From the NCBI RefSeq assembly GCF_001194135.2, contig NC_068985.1, forward strand, positions 63,937,301 through 63,991,521: a stretch of 54,221 bases of DNA, given 5' to 3'. The position numbers were made by a program, and so were the translations under genes. The notes beneath the pieces were generated by a model that was given only the letters and a program-made list of their open reading frames with translations, was not told where the DNA came from and did no database searches. Source of the DNA: Octopus bimaculoides (taxonomy: Eukaryota). Numbering within the stretch: the first letter of the stretch is position 1; every line of letters begins with the position of its first letter. Shown in pieces: positions 34,879 to 46,522 of the stretch.

Positions 34879-35989
34879 TTAAGGAAACTGCCCAAAGTAA
34901 CAATTACTGCTCCACCAACATCAAACTTTCTTCTGATCCTCACCAGCACTAGCTTCTCTGAAGACAATAGCAACTTACCTAAAACCATTGCCTCACCTAC
35001 TCACACAAACCTCAATAAAGCCACAATAAACCCCTGCCTAATCCTTCTACTAACATTTATGTACTCATTACTTTCCCCACTACCTACAAGTGTTTTGTTT
35101 TCACTGCAAGACAACTAAAAAGATAAAATTTCTAGGACATTAGTTTGTCAAAATTAGAAATATAATCACTGAAATTCAATATTTCTCAAAACTATAGGAA
35201 ACTATTCAAAACATGGAATCTTTAAATTAGTACACCATTCTAGAATCAATATTTATATTTAAAATCTAAATTAGGCATAAAAAATTTAATGATAACATAA
35301 AATGTCAAGAAAATTAATATTTGAATGATGAATAAATTTTTTTTTTAAATACATATTTTCTTAAAACACTACTCTTTATTAAAATTAAATTCTCTATTCT
35401 CTTTAACAGAAACTCATACTTAAAATTATTTCAACAATTTAGCAAGCTAGCCATTTGCAATACAGTAGGGCTGCAACCAATCAACCGCAGATACAGAGTC
35501 AAATAGGCAACACAATGCAAATACTAACATCTTCTCTACCAAAGTATGAACCACTTAGCATCAACCAATGACTCTAAGGTAAGAACCAGATAAACTTAGA
35601 GACAAGATAATCTGACAAAGAAGATAATGAAAGTTAAAAGACACTGCAGTCAGCTGTAAGTTCAGATATGTTGAGACATGACACAAGAGAAGACAGGGAC
35701 TTATAAAAGACAACTGAGACTTGTCCTTTGTTTGAACCCTGCCCTATGATTAGCCCAAATTCCAGCAAGGCGGGAGAGAGGGAGGGAAGAAGGGAGAAGG
35801 AAGAGACAGACAGACAGACAGACAGAACCATGGAAGTTGAGAGGAGTTTAGAAAAATTGGAAGGAGGAACAAAGAACAATATCAAATAACTAGAAGAGAA
35901 TGTAAGTGTCAAGTAAAACAATTGCATATGCTCTGTAATATGTGGGTCAGAGGCCTAAAATGTTCTGGAGGAGACCAGAGAAAATCAAG

Positions 35990-38255
35990 ATATCAGTCAG
36001 AGGACCAAAGATTTGAAGTGTTTCATGTTGCAAGACAGAGAGAAGCATGATGTCAGAGGAGAGAAATGTGTTCGCATGGATAATGGTACGCTTGCTCTAA
36101 ATGAGGCTGCAAAGAAAGAGGTTTAGAGACGCCACTATGAAAGATTGCTCAATAAAGAGAATGAATAGGAGAAAGTGAGTCTGCCGAATGTCAAACCAAC
36201 AGAGGGACCAGCTATCCGAGTTGACAGTTCCATGGTAGATAAAGCAATTAAGAGTATGAAGACAGGGAACGCCCCAGACCCATCAGGAAGCACTGCAGAG
36301 ATGCTCAAAATATCTGGCAGTGTCGGCTATAACCTAGTTATCCAGGTGATACATGAATGAGTCCTACCCAATGACTGGTGTAGCAGCACCGTAGTCAACT
36401 GCTACAAAGGTAAAGGTGATGCATTAGATACATATAATTACACAGGTATCAAGTTGTTGAATCAGGTAATAGAAGTCACGGAGAGGGTTGTAGCCTGACT
36501 AATTAGGGAGAGAGTCAGTTTAGATGAGATGTAGTTTGGGTTTGTGCCAGGGAAAAGCACCACTGATGCTATATTACTGGTAAGACAGCTGCAGGATAAA
36601 TACCTAGCCAAAGATAATCCCCTGTATCTGGCTTTCGTTGACATGGAGGAAGCTTTTGACAGGGTCCCCCGATCCCTTATCTGGTGGTCAATGCGGAAAC
36701 TAGGGATAGATGAATGCTTAGTGAGAGCTGTACAAGTCATGTACAGAGATGCTGTCAGTAAGGTGAGGGTTGGCAATGAGTATAGTGAAGAATTCTGGGT
36801 AGGGGTCCACCAAGGATCAGTCCTCAGACCCCTCTTATTCATCATAGTCCTCCAGGCAATAACAGAGGAATTCAAGACAAGGAGCTTCTCTATGCTGAGT
36901 CACTATCAAAACTAGAGAAGTTTCAGGTGTGGAAGCAAGAATTAGAATCAATCTAGCAAAAACCGAAGTCTTATTAAGTAGGAAGGCAGACAAATCACAA
37001 ATCCTTTCAGGTAGATGGCTCTGTTCTATCTGTAGAAAAGGTGTAGGTAGAAACTCCATAAGATGTACCCAGTGTAAGCTATGGACACATAAGAGGTGCA
37101 GCAATATCAAAGGAAGGCTAACTGGGAAGATAGTTTTTGTGTGTGGCAAATGTACAGGAAACAGCTTCTGTCACATGCCACGGGGAAAAATTACAAGTAA
37201 TTGATAGCTTCCGTTACTTAGTTGACCAAATCATTAGCAGGGGTCGACGCTCTGAGTGTGTAGCTGCTAGAATAAGAATACTAGCCTGGGCAAAGTTCAG
37301 AGAGATCCTACCTCTGCTGGTGACAAAGGGCCTCTTGCTCAGAGTAAAAGGTATACTGTATGATGCATGTGTGTGAACAGTCATGCTATATGGCAGTGAA
37401 ACATGGGCTGTGACTGCTGAGGACATGCGTAAGCTTGAAAGGAATAAAGCTAGTATGCTCTGCTGGATGTGTAATGTCAGTGTGCATACACAACAGAGTG
37501 TAAGCACCCTGAGAGAAAAGTTGGACATAAGAAGCATCAGATGTGGTGTGCAAGAGAGATGACTGCACTGGTATGGTCAGGTGTTGCGTATCAATGAGGA
37601 CTGGAAGATGTTGACCCAGGAAGACCTGGGGCGAGGTGCTGAAGCACAACCTTCAAATGTTGGGCCTCATGTAGGCGATGACAAGTGACTGAGACCTTTG
37701 GAGATATGCTGCACCTGAGAAGACCCAGCAAGCCAAGTGAGACCGTAGCCATGACCTATGCCAGTGCAGCATAACTGGCCCATTTAAGAGTGAGTGCCCT
37801 TCAATCGTTGGACAATAAACTGTGTTTGCAAAGACCTGTTGAGTCAAGTAGAGTCATTGTCTTGGCCGGCGACAGTACCGGCTGATTGGCACCTGTGCTG
37901 GTGGCACATAAAAAGCACCATTCGAGCATGCTCCTTGCCAGTGCTGTCTGAGTGGCTCCTGTGCCAGTGGCATGTAAAAAGCACCATTTGAGTGTGGTCA
38001 ATGCTAGTGCCGCCTGACTGGTCCCATGCTGGTGGCACATAAAAAGTACCATTCAAGCATGTTCAATGCCAGTAGCGCCTGGGTGGCATGTAAAAAGCAA
38101 CCACTACACTCTCAGAGTGGTTGGCGTTAGGAAGGGCATCCAGCTGTAGAAGCTTTTCCGGATCAGACTAGAGCCTGGTGCAGCCTTCTGGCTTGCCAGC
38201 CCTCAGTCAAACCGTCCAACCCATGCCAGCATGGAAAGCTGACGTTAAACAACAA
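35990..38255 (+). mobile_element. RTE LINE, 5' truncated, with repeat-array 3' UTR
   Basis: MKTGNAPDPSG, PGKSTTDAILLVRQLQDKY...FVDMEEAFDRVP, VGVHQGSVL, CTQCKLWTHKRC; tail ...GACGTTAAACAACAATGATGATGAT. Confidence 0.92.
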
Positions 38256-39691
38256 TGATGATGATCCATAATTCTTCAAAAAAGTGTTTATAAACACTTT
38301 ATCCATTACCACCTTCACAAGATATTTCCAAATATTGATTCTTTCACACACACCCCATACACAACCCTTTATGAGATAACAAATGGGAACAGGAAGATCA
38401 AACATGGAATCTTCCATTCAAAAGAAAACAAAAAATTAAACTTTCTTATTAGAAATATACTTTACTTGGAGAAGGGGGTTGCTAATTTATATATTGATTT
38501 ATGAATTGCTGGAACAAATAATTTTGCAGCTGGATGGCTCTTAACAGTAACCAACTTTCATTTACCAAATTTCAGATTAAAACAAGTTCAATATTGCACC
38601 TCACTGTAAAAGTACAAACATATATATAAAAGTACACACAATCCTTGTTACTAGTTTTCAACTCATCTAGTGCTGTAATCTATAATTCCTGATAAACTAT
38701 TTTGTGGGGAAACGAAAAATAGTTTTTATAATGAACAAAACTTTTCCATAAGAGGAACGCATCATGGTATTAATAAAAGACTCCAGGATGCTTTGTTGGT
38801 AATAAAACGTATGTGTGAGAGAGAGAGACAGACAGAGATGTGTGTCTTTCTCTCTCTACACCCATCTACAAAGGATGCAATCTCTGCCTCTGGCAAGGTT
38901 CAATAACATTCAAACCAGAACCTGGTTCCCTCCTTACCCATAATTCCCTCCACCACAGACACTGAAACAGTAGAAATCATTATCTGTCTAACTTACAGAA
39001 AACATATATATGAAAAAAAACATCTAAAAGATGCAAAATACAGTGAAAGTGTTCATCTTCTGAAGAAAAGAACAAAACTATTGATTTGTTGTGGAATAGA
39101 TGTAGAGGAGTGTGAGAATGATTGTATATTGAAGGAATGAATGAATCGATGAATGAAGAAAGAATATAAAGATGACGGTTACAGATATGATGCTAGGTGG
39201 AGTGGAAAAGAAGAATTAAGAGCCTTCTGGTAGAAGGAGGCAAAACAAGACATGTCAGAACTTAGGAGATGGACTCCACAGAATAAAAACACGATAGGTT
39301 TGATTAATCTCTATAGATGGAAAGAGAAGATTATGTTGTTAGAGTGGCAGCTAATGATGATGGTGATTTTAACTTAATGTAGTAATTAATGCTATGAACA
39401 ACAAAAGTAAACCCACCATTGACCATGTGATCCAACAGCTAAATTTTAGATTTACAAATGCAGCAACAAGAGAATATTTTATAATAAAAGACAGTTGTGT
39501 CACTACAATATTGGCAACAGCAACACATGAAAGTCAACTACCTCACCTAGCAGGTTATGCAACTTATTTTTAAAAGAATCCCAGTAAATAGATTAGAGTC
39601 TCTGGGTGCAAATGAGAAAACTAAAGATTTAAAACAAAATGTTTTAAACCATTAATCAGAAGTTTTTATAAATGCAGACTTGTATTTCTTT

Positions 39692-40204
39692 ACATTATTT
39701 ACATTATGTATATTTGACAGATACTTATCCTTATCTTGTTTGTTGTTAACACAACATTTCGGTTGATACACCCTCCAGCCTTCATCGGGTGTCTTGGGGA
39801 AATTTTGAACCTGGGTTCTCATTCCTAAGGTATTTTTTGATGTTGTTATTATTATTATTCAGGTCACTGCCTGGAATCAAATTCGGAATCTTGGGTTAGT
39901 AGCCTGCGCTCTTAACCACTATGCCATATGCCCGTGGGCCCATGGGCATATGGCGTAATGGTTAAGAGCGTGGGCTACTAACCCCAAGATTCCGAGTTCG
40001 ATTCTAGGCAGTGACCTAAATAATAATAATAACATCGAAAAATACCTTAGGAATGAGAACCCAAGTTCAAAATTTCCCCCAAGACACCTGATGAAGGCTG
40101 GAGGGTATATCAGCCAAAACGTGTTAACAACAAACAAGATGAGGATAAATATCCATCAAATGTAAATAATGTACATAATTCCTCATCTCTTAAATATAGA
40201 ACTG
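39692..40204. mobile_element. Palindromic (head-to-head) tRNA-headed element carrying PLE-type hammerhead motifs, 12-bp TSD
   Basis: Arms of 247 and 266 bp are reverse complements about an axis at 39938/39939. Exact TTGTATTTCTTT at 39680-39691 and 40205-40216. Each arm has A-box, B-box, (TAA)n and a CTGATGA...GAAAC-type core. Confidence 0.85.
40083..40125 (+). ncRNA. Minimal type I hammerhead ribozyme motif (mutated); mirror copy at 39748-39793 on the minus strand
   Basis: GACAC-CTGATGA-A-GGCTG(10-nt loop)CAGCC-AAAAC-GTGTT. The mirror copy is GACAC-CCGATGA-A-GGCTG...CAACC-GAAATGTT-GTGTT. Their consensus restores CUGAUGA, GAAA, a palindromic ACGU stem III and a GACAC/GUGUU stem I. Confidence 0.7.
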
Positions 40205-40524
40205 TTGTATTTCTTTGTCTGATCATGGCTTCCATTCTGGATAAAGTCACATGGCGAAAATATAATTCCCTCTGAGATGTTGGAGGTTAGGCAGTTTCAA
40301 AACTGGGTGACGGAATAGAAAACTAAATTCAACTGAAGTACCCTACAGCCCTTTTTTGTTAACCAACTTCAGATATTCCTACAATATTTTCTGATTATTA
40401 TTGTTGCACTTTGTAGTGGATGATAAAATGAGGGATTGATAACAAAAAGACAACTAATTTGTAAAAGGTGAAAATCAACAACAATAAAAAAATATATATA
40501 AAATTCAAACTTTGCTTCACAACT

Positions 40525-41790
40525 ACAAGAGCCAGCAGAAAACTTCATAAGCTGATTAAAATATTCTCATGGAATGTGACCATATGAAGTTTATTTTTCA
40601 ACATAGTCCCCCTTGCGGCTCACACACTTCTTCCATTGGTATTGCAGTGCTTGGATCCCATTTGTGAAGAAGCTTTCATTCTGGTGATCAAAAAAGTCAT
40701 CAACAGTACTGTGAAATTGGTTCCTGGCCAAGTGATTTTTCATGTTGAAGAACAGATGACAGTCAGATGGGGCCAAATCAGAACGGGGAGACTGATCAAC
40801 CAGTTCAAAGCCATGGTTGCACACAGCAACCATTGAAAGAAATACTGGAGCATTGTCTTAATGAAAGAAGACACCCTTTGTCAATTTTCCTAGGTATTTG
40901 GCCTTGATAGTCTTTTGTAATTACCTCAGTAAGGTGGTATAATACTCTCCATTAATGGTGTAACCCTTTTGAAGATAGTCATTAACCACAATGCTTTTTG
41001 CATCCAAAAAAAAAAAAGAGAAGCCATCATCATCCTTACAGATGAAATGACTTTGGCCTTCTTTGGAGCAATTAAGGAGGGGTGTTTCCACTGCATGCAT
41101 TGTGTGTCTCTGGCTCAAAGTGATGAACCCAACACTCATCCTGTGTTAGGAAACCAGCTGGATCTGCCTCAAGGAAACCAGCTGGATCTACCTCAAACAA
41201 TGTCAGATTTTCCATATGCTGTGATCAGCCTGGGGCTGTTTTGATTAGGTGTCGGAAGATGTGGAACCCACTGAGTAAGAAACCCTCATCATGCCAAAAT
41301 CATTGTGTAGAATATTCTCAACCTTCTCATGGTAGACGCTAATAGCATTGGCTATTTGATATAGTCAATAACTTGTCATCCATTAGCATGATGAACACAA
41401 TCAATGTTTTCCTCAGTGGTGGCAGTTGCAGGATGTCCAGACCTTGGGTCATCTTCAAGATTCTCCCTTCCCCTCCTAAATTTAGCTGCCTTCTTTTGCA
41501 CTGTTGATAAAACTGAAGTGTCATCCCCTAATTTAGTAACCATGTCAGTAAGAATGTCTTTGGAACCTAAGCTCTTTTTCTGCAAGTACTTCATAACACC
41601 AAAGCCAAATTTAGTGGATTTTCAAAAGAAGTCACAACCAGTTACTTTTGAAGTGTTCTTTGAACAGTCAGATGTCAGTTTACTTGCAATTATTAATAAG
41701 AAGTTTTTGAAATTAATGCATGCAAGATTTCACAGCTCTAGCACCACTCCTTTATATGATTTAAATATAATATGAAATCCAAATTTCAAA
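40525..41790 (-). mobile_element. Decayed mariner (irritans/Hsmar2-like)
   Basis: MKYLQKKSLGSKDILTDMVTKLGDD...FRRGRENLEDDPRSGHPATATTEENID; DYLQKGYTINGEYY; SDLAPSDCHLFFNMK...GIQALQYQWKKCVSRKGDYVEK. Ends are approximate. Confidence 0.88.
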
Positions 41791-42550
41791 GAAAAATATG
41801 TTGAGTGAAGTGTTCTCCTTTGAGCTTAAAAGTTGTATTTAATGTGTTAATGCAAGAGACAGAGAGACAGATACATAAAAACACCTCAACAGGTAAGATG
41901 CAAGTAAAAATAAACATGGCTAACATGAAAATTTGATACAATAATTTTACTTCAATAACTTTGACAATAATCCTACCCAGGTACAAACAATTGTTTAAAG
42001 TACAAGGCATAACCCTACCCACACACAAATGATCTGTTGTTTAATGTTATCAACACAGATCAAATATGAATTTGATATGAAAATAAAAATACTTTAAGTG
42101 ATATTCACATAACTTTTTCCTTTTTAATTAAGCCTTAAAATTTTAAGCAGTTGCTATTGTTATTTAGGTGCAGGTCAACCTTGATCAGGTTGGCTAATGA
42201 TAAATGGTGTTCTAACCCTAACCTTCCAGGTTTTGTACTTTCTCAAGCAGTGTATCTATAACAACATTTAAGGAATCTGACATATTTTAGGATAAAAGTG
42301 TAAATTGAGAAAGACTCTGTTATTACTAGTATACTATGCTGTTGACTTGTTACAGGATATTTCTAGTAGGAACACATTAAATATTGAAAAATGATAACCA
42401 ATGTTCAAAAGGCAACACATGCAATGTCATACGTTAGTGATACAATGGCCATTTTGAAGAATCCTTCCAAATAAAGAAATTTCAACATTTGAAATTATTG
42501 AATAACATATAAAAAATGGACACAAATATGTATTTTACAAAATACTCTCG

Positions 42551-44040
42551 TAGAAAGCGAGCAAAAAGAGAGAACAATTAATATATTTTTTGATCTTGGA
42601 AAAGCTAGTAAAGGTACAAATTCACAATTGGTTTCATAAATATGGTTAACCATTAGCTAAATACTGTGGAAAATCTAAGTTTTGTACAATGGTCTTAATA
42701 AAAGTTAATAACACTAATACTAGTTTTGTCCAAATGTCTCATGTGCAAAATAAGAGAACAATCAAACCAAAAAACAGTTCAATTAACTCAAAACCATAAT
42801 AATGATTGAAAGAAATGTAAATATGAACTTAATACAGTTAGTATGATGCTTGTAGACCTTTGTTGGAGATTACCTCTGCACATCGATTGCCCCAGGACAT
42901 GAGTCTCCAGCACAAGTCAGGTGTTACTTTCTTCCATTCCTCTTCCCATAAATTCGTTGTAGTAGTAGGTGCCCTTTATGTTACTTTGTCTCCAAGTATC
43001 TTCCAAAGGTTTTCAATTGAATTTAAGTCTGGACTTTGTGTCGGTCACTTCATTACTTGGATATTTTGTTCACTAAAGAATCCAGTGACATGCTTTACAG
43101 TATGAGAAGGGGTGTTACCTTGCATGAAAATGCATGATTGACTCAGAAATGCTCATAATGATGGGATCACATGCTGTTTAACCAAATTCAATTAGATATT
43201 AGCATTAATAGTCCCTTTAATCTGCACTTGAAAGCCAACTCCTTCAAACTTGGCAGATTTCTTCAGGCACTTGGATTTTAGCTGATCTCCTGTGAAGCGC
43301 CTAACATACTGTCTACCATCTGAACCTACTAAATTGAATTTGCTTTCGTCGCTAAAATGAACCTTTGACCAATTTTCATTCCTCCAGTTCACATGAGCTT
43401 CTGTAAATGAAAGTCTTTCCAATTTGTTCTTCATGCTGATGGTAGGTTTTGTTGCTGGGGAACAAGTCTTTAATCCAAATTCCTTCAGATGACATGACAC
43501 AGTAAAGTGGTTCACTTCCATACTATTATTTACTTTTATTTTCTTAGAAATTCCAGCCACAGTCTCAAAAGGATCCTTCAATACATACCACAGTATTGAT
43601 CATCTCGCATGGTGGTTTTGCATAGTCTACCAGTTGCGTTTTCTAGTTCAAAATCTTTAGTTTCTTCATAGAGCTTAAGAACACATGAAACTACACTTTT
43701 AGATCTCCTTATGTCTCGGGAGTTCCTGAAACTTTCATCCTGACAATTTCTTTTTGGAGGTTGGGAGTAAATTTAGCATGGTGTGTCATGTTTGGAAGCT
43801 AGTACAATACTGAGACGGTAGTAATGTTGAGCCTTCAAATGTAAACAATGTTTGAAATTTCCAGAAATTTCTGAAGGAATCTAACTGTTCTCTTATTTTG
43901 CACATGAGACATTTGGACGAAACTAGTGTTAGTGTTATTAACTTTTATTAAGATCATTGTACAAACTTAGATTTTTCACAGAATTTAGCTAATGGTTGAA
44001 CATGTTTACAAAACTAATTATGAATTTGTACATTCACTAG
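42551..44040 (-). mobile_element. Tc1-family transposon with long (at least 160 bp) TIRs, decayed DDE transposase
   Basis: ORF 43192-43581 has WSKVHFSDESKFNLVGSDGRQYVRR, with QENA and QSPDLNSIENLW-like motifs downstream. About 42605-42762 is the reverse complement of about 43885-44040. Confidence 0.9.
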
Positions 44041-44114
44041 ATTCTATGTGTATGTGTATCAGTTCAACCTCTACTTCTCCAAAGAAATATAACTGATAAA
44101 CCCAGTTATTCTTA

Positions 44115-44280
44115 TTAAGGCAGTGAGCTGGCAGAATCGTTAGCATACCAGACAAAATGTTTAGTGGCATTTCATTCGGGAATCAATAAAATAAATACCA
44201 GTTGAGTAATGGGGTTGATGTAATTGATTTCTTCCTCTCCCAAAATTTCAGGTCTTGTACATATAGTAGAAAGGATTTTA
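44115..44280 (+). mobile_element. Nin/Deu-like SINE, internally deleted
   Basis: AAGGCAGTGAGCTGGCAGAATCGTTAGC...AATTTCAGGTCTTGTACATATAGTAGAAAGG. Confidence 0.65.
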
Positions 44281-44319
44281 TTGTGGAAGATGCACAGGAT
44301 TCATAAAAACTCAAGAAAT

Positions 44320-45195
44320 TGATTCTCTCAAATGCCCTGGTAGTAGATAATCTCTGCAACCTAGAGGATCAAATTAGTAGTGGGGGAGGATGCACAGATT
44401 GTGATAGTTAGAATAAGAATAGGATGGAGGAAATTCAGAGAGTAGTTACATCTGTTGGCCATGAAAGGTTTCTATCTCTAAGTGAAATGAATGCATGTAT
44501 ACGGACAGCAATGTTACATAGTAGTGAGACATGGGCCCTGAATGCACAGCACATGCAAAAGTTAGAAAGGAATGAGACTAGTATGCTCTGCTGAATGTGT
44601 AATGTATATGTTTGATAGAATGCTAATGTTTTGAGAGAGAAGTTAAGTATAAGGAGAATTAGTAGTTGTGTGCAAGAGAGAAGACTGCACTGGTTTGGTC
44701 ATGTGGAGCAGACGGATGCAAACAGCTCCATATTGAAGTACCAACCTCACAAAGTAGATGGTACACGTGGAAGTGGGAGACCCAGGAAACATGAGATGAA
44801 GTACTGTAGAACAACCTCAGGATACTGAACTTTTCAGGTGACATGACAAAGAACCAAGATGCCTGGTGCCTTGTTGTACTCAAGAAGACCAGTACTCCAC
44901 AGCAGAAGTGTTAAGACCAGTCCCTCTGGTGGTGTAAAGCACTTGTGGTGGTGTCACATAAAAGCACCTGTGCAAAGCCATGTAAAAGTGACCATGTTGG
45001 GCCATGTAAAAGCACCTGTGCAGTGCCACATGAAAGCACCCAGCATACTCCATAAAGTGGTTGGCATTAAGAAGGGAATTCAGCCATATAAACCATGCCA
45101 AATCAGACTGGAGTCTGGTGCAGCTCCCCAGCTTGCAGCACTACTCAAACCAACCAACATATGCTAGCATGGACAACAGATATTAAATGATAACG
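44320..45195 (+). mobile_element. Older RTE LINE 3' fragment
   Basis: REKLSIRRISSCVQERRLHWFGHV...GTRGSGRPRK; TAAAAGCACC repeats; terminal block. Confidence 0.85.
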
Positions 45196-45204
45196 ATACT
45201 ATTA

Positions 45205-45655
45205 TTATTAAGGTAAAGATTCTCTTCGGTCATGAATGACCATGGGATTGCACCTTGAAAGTTACCCTCTGAGGTACAAATCCAGGCAAGGTTGTCTATG
45301 GAAGACCAGCAGTCGCCCATGTATACCAGGCTCTCCTCTCCATGCCACTAATGTTATCCAAGGGAAAGGCAAAGGATGAGAGAGCTTGGCACAGTGATGT
45401 TGCAACTCATTCTTACAGCAGAGTGAACATGGAATAAAATGCTTTGCTCAAGAAATAAAATGAAATAAAATGTTTTGCATGCAGTATGATTAAAAGTAAG
45501 CTGACTGACTTCCCTTTGCTTATTTTATTAGTTATCTCCCTGTTAATCTTTATATACTTTTTTACGCCCATAAACTGAACAATTACCCTCAATATCCACT
45601 AAACACAGTTCAGTTCAGGAATCGAACCCACTACCTCATGATTGTGAGCCCAATA
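45205..45655 (-). mobile_element. tRNA-headed SINE interrupted by a roughly 165-bp insert
   Basis: Minus head ...GTGGGTTCGATTCCTGAAC (B-box) at about 45612-45632. Body resumes at 45440 (TTCTTGAGCAAAGCATTT...CCTTTCCCTTGGATAACAT...CCCATGGTCATTCATGACCGAAG). Confidence 0.6.
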
Positions 45656-45700
45656 TTATTATTACTGTTATTATTATTATTATAATTATTAAGGCCTCGA

Positions 45701-45737
<37 letters not shown>

Positions 45738-45739
<2 letters not shown>

Positions 45740-45960
45740 GGCAGAAAGCTGGCAGTCATTAGCATACTGGATGAAATGCTTAGCAGTATTTTGCCTGTTG
45801 TTATGTTCTGAGTTCAAATTCCACCGAGGTCGACTTTGCCTTTCATCCTTTTGGGGTCAATAAATTAAGCACCAGTGAAACACTGGGGTTCAGTGTAATC
45901 GACTGGTTCCCTCCCCTCAAATTTCAGGCCTTGTGCCTTTAGTAGAAAGGATTATTATTA
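45738..45960 (+). mobile_element. Near full-length tRNA-headed Nin/Deu-like SINE within (TTA)n
   Basis: AAGGCAGAAAGCTGGCAG...GAGTTCAAATTCC...GAGGTCGACTTTGCCTTTCATCCTTTTGGGGTCAATAAATTAAGCACCAG...AGTAGAAAGG, with (ATT)n on both sides. Confidence 0.8.
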
Positions 45961-46492
45961 TTATTTACTTTTAATCTGCATGTTTGTGACAATCACTCGC
46001 TGAGACACACAGCATACTAGGTCAAGAAAGATAAAAGATGTTACAGTATGACTGAAAGCTTGGGAAGGGGAAGTGGGAGGAGCAGTAGCAAAATATTTTC
46101 ATGTAATACAACACAGACATTTAACTTGATAGAGTTTTTATAAGGATGTGGGTAGTACTTGTCAGCACAATCTTTTGGATTTCTCTGAGACATGGTTCTC
46201 CTGGGATATTATCTAGATGCTTCTGATATCCCTTCTTATTATGCCTAGGGCACCCACAATAACAGGAACAGTTCTCGCTTTAAGACGCCATATTTTTTGT
46301 ATTTCAATTTCCAGGTCCTTATATTTATTTAATTTATCAAATTCCTTTACAGATATAGTTTTATCAGTGGGAACACTTACATCTATTAGTCTACAAGTAT
46401 TTTCTTCCCTGTCTTTAATGACTATGTCTGATTGATTAGCCTGGATCGTTCTACCAGTGTTGACTGGAAAATCCCAGAGGATAGTGACATTT
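45961..46492 (-). mobile_element. 5' truncated R4/Dong-type non-LTR retrotransposon (restriction-like endonuclease domain and 3' UTR)
   Basis: ILWDFPVNTGRTIQANQSDIVIKD...CRLIDVSVP...KEFDKLNKYKDLEIEIQKIW...VPVIVGALG, then shifted LDNIPGEPCLREIQKIVLTSTTHILIKTLSS*. TAA repeats at both ends. Confidence 0.85.
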
Positions 46493-46522
46493 ATTATTAT
46501 TATTATTATCCCTATTATTATT

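Noticed and set aside
39944-40018. Possible genuine tRNA gene
   Set aside because: The acceptor stem does not close and the sequence is part of a mirrored, TSD-flanked insert, so it is a tRNA-derived head rather than a tRNA.
41147-41195. 24-bp tandem duplication inside the mariner (similar small one at about 3435-3495)
   Set aside because: Ordinary slippage in dead elements.
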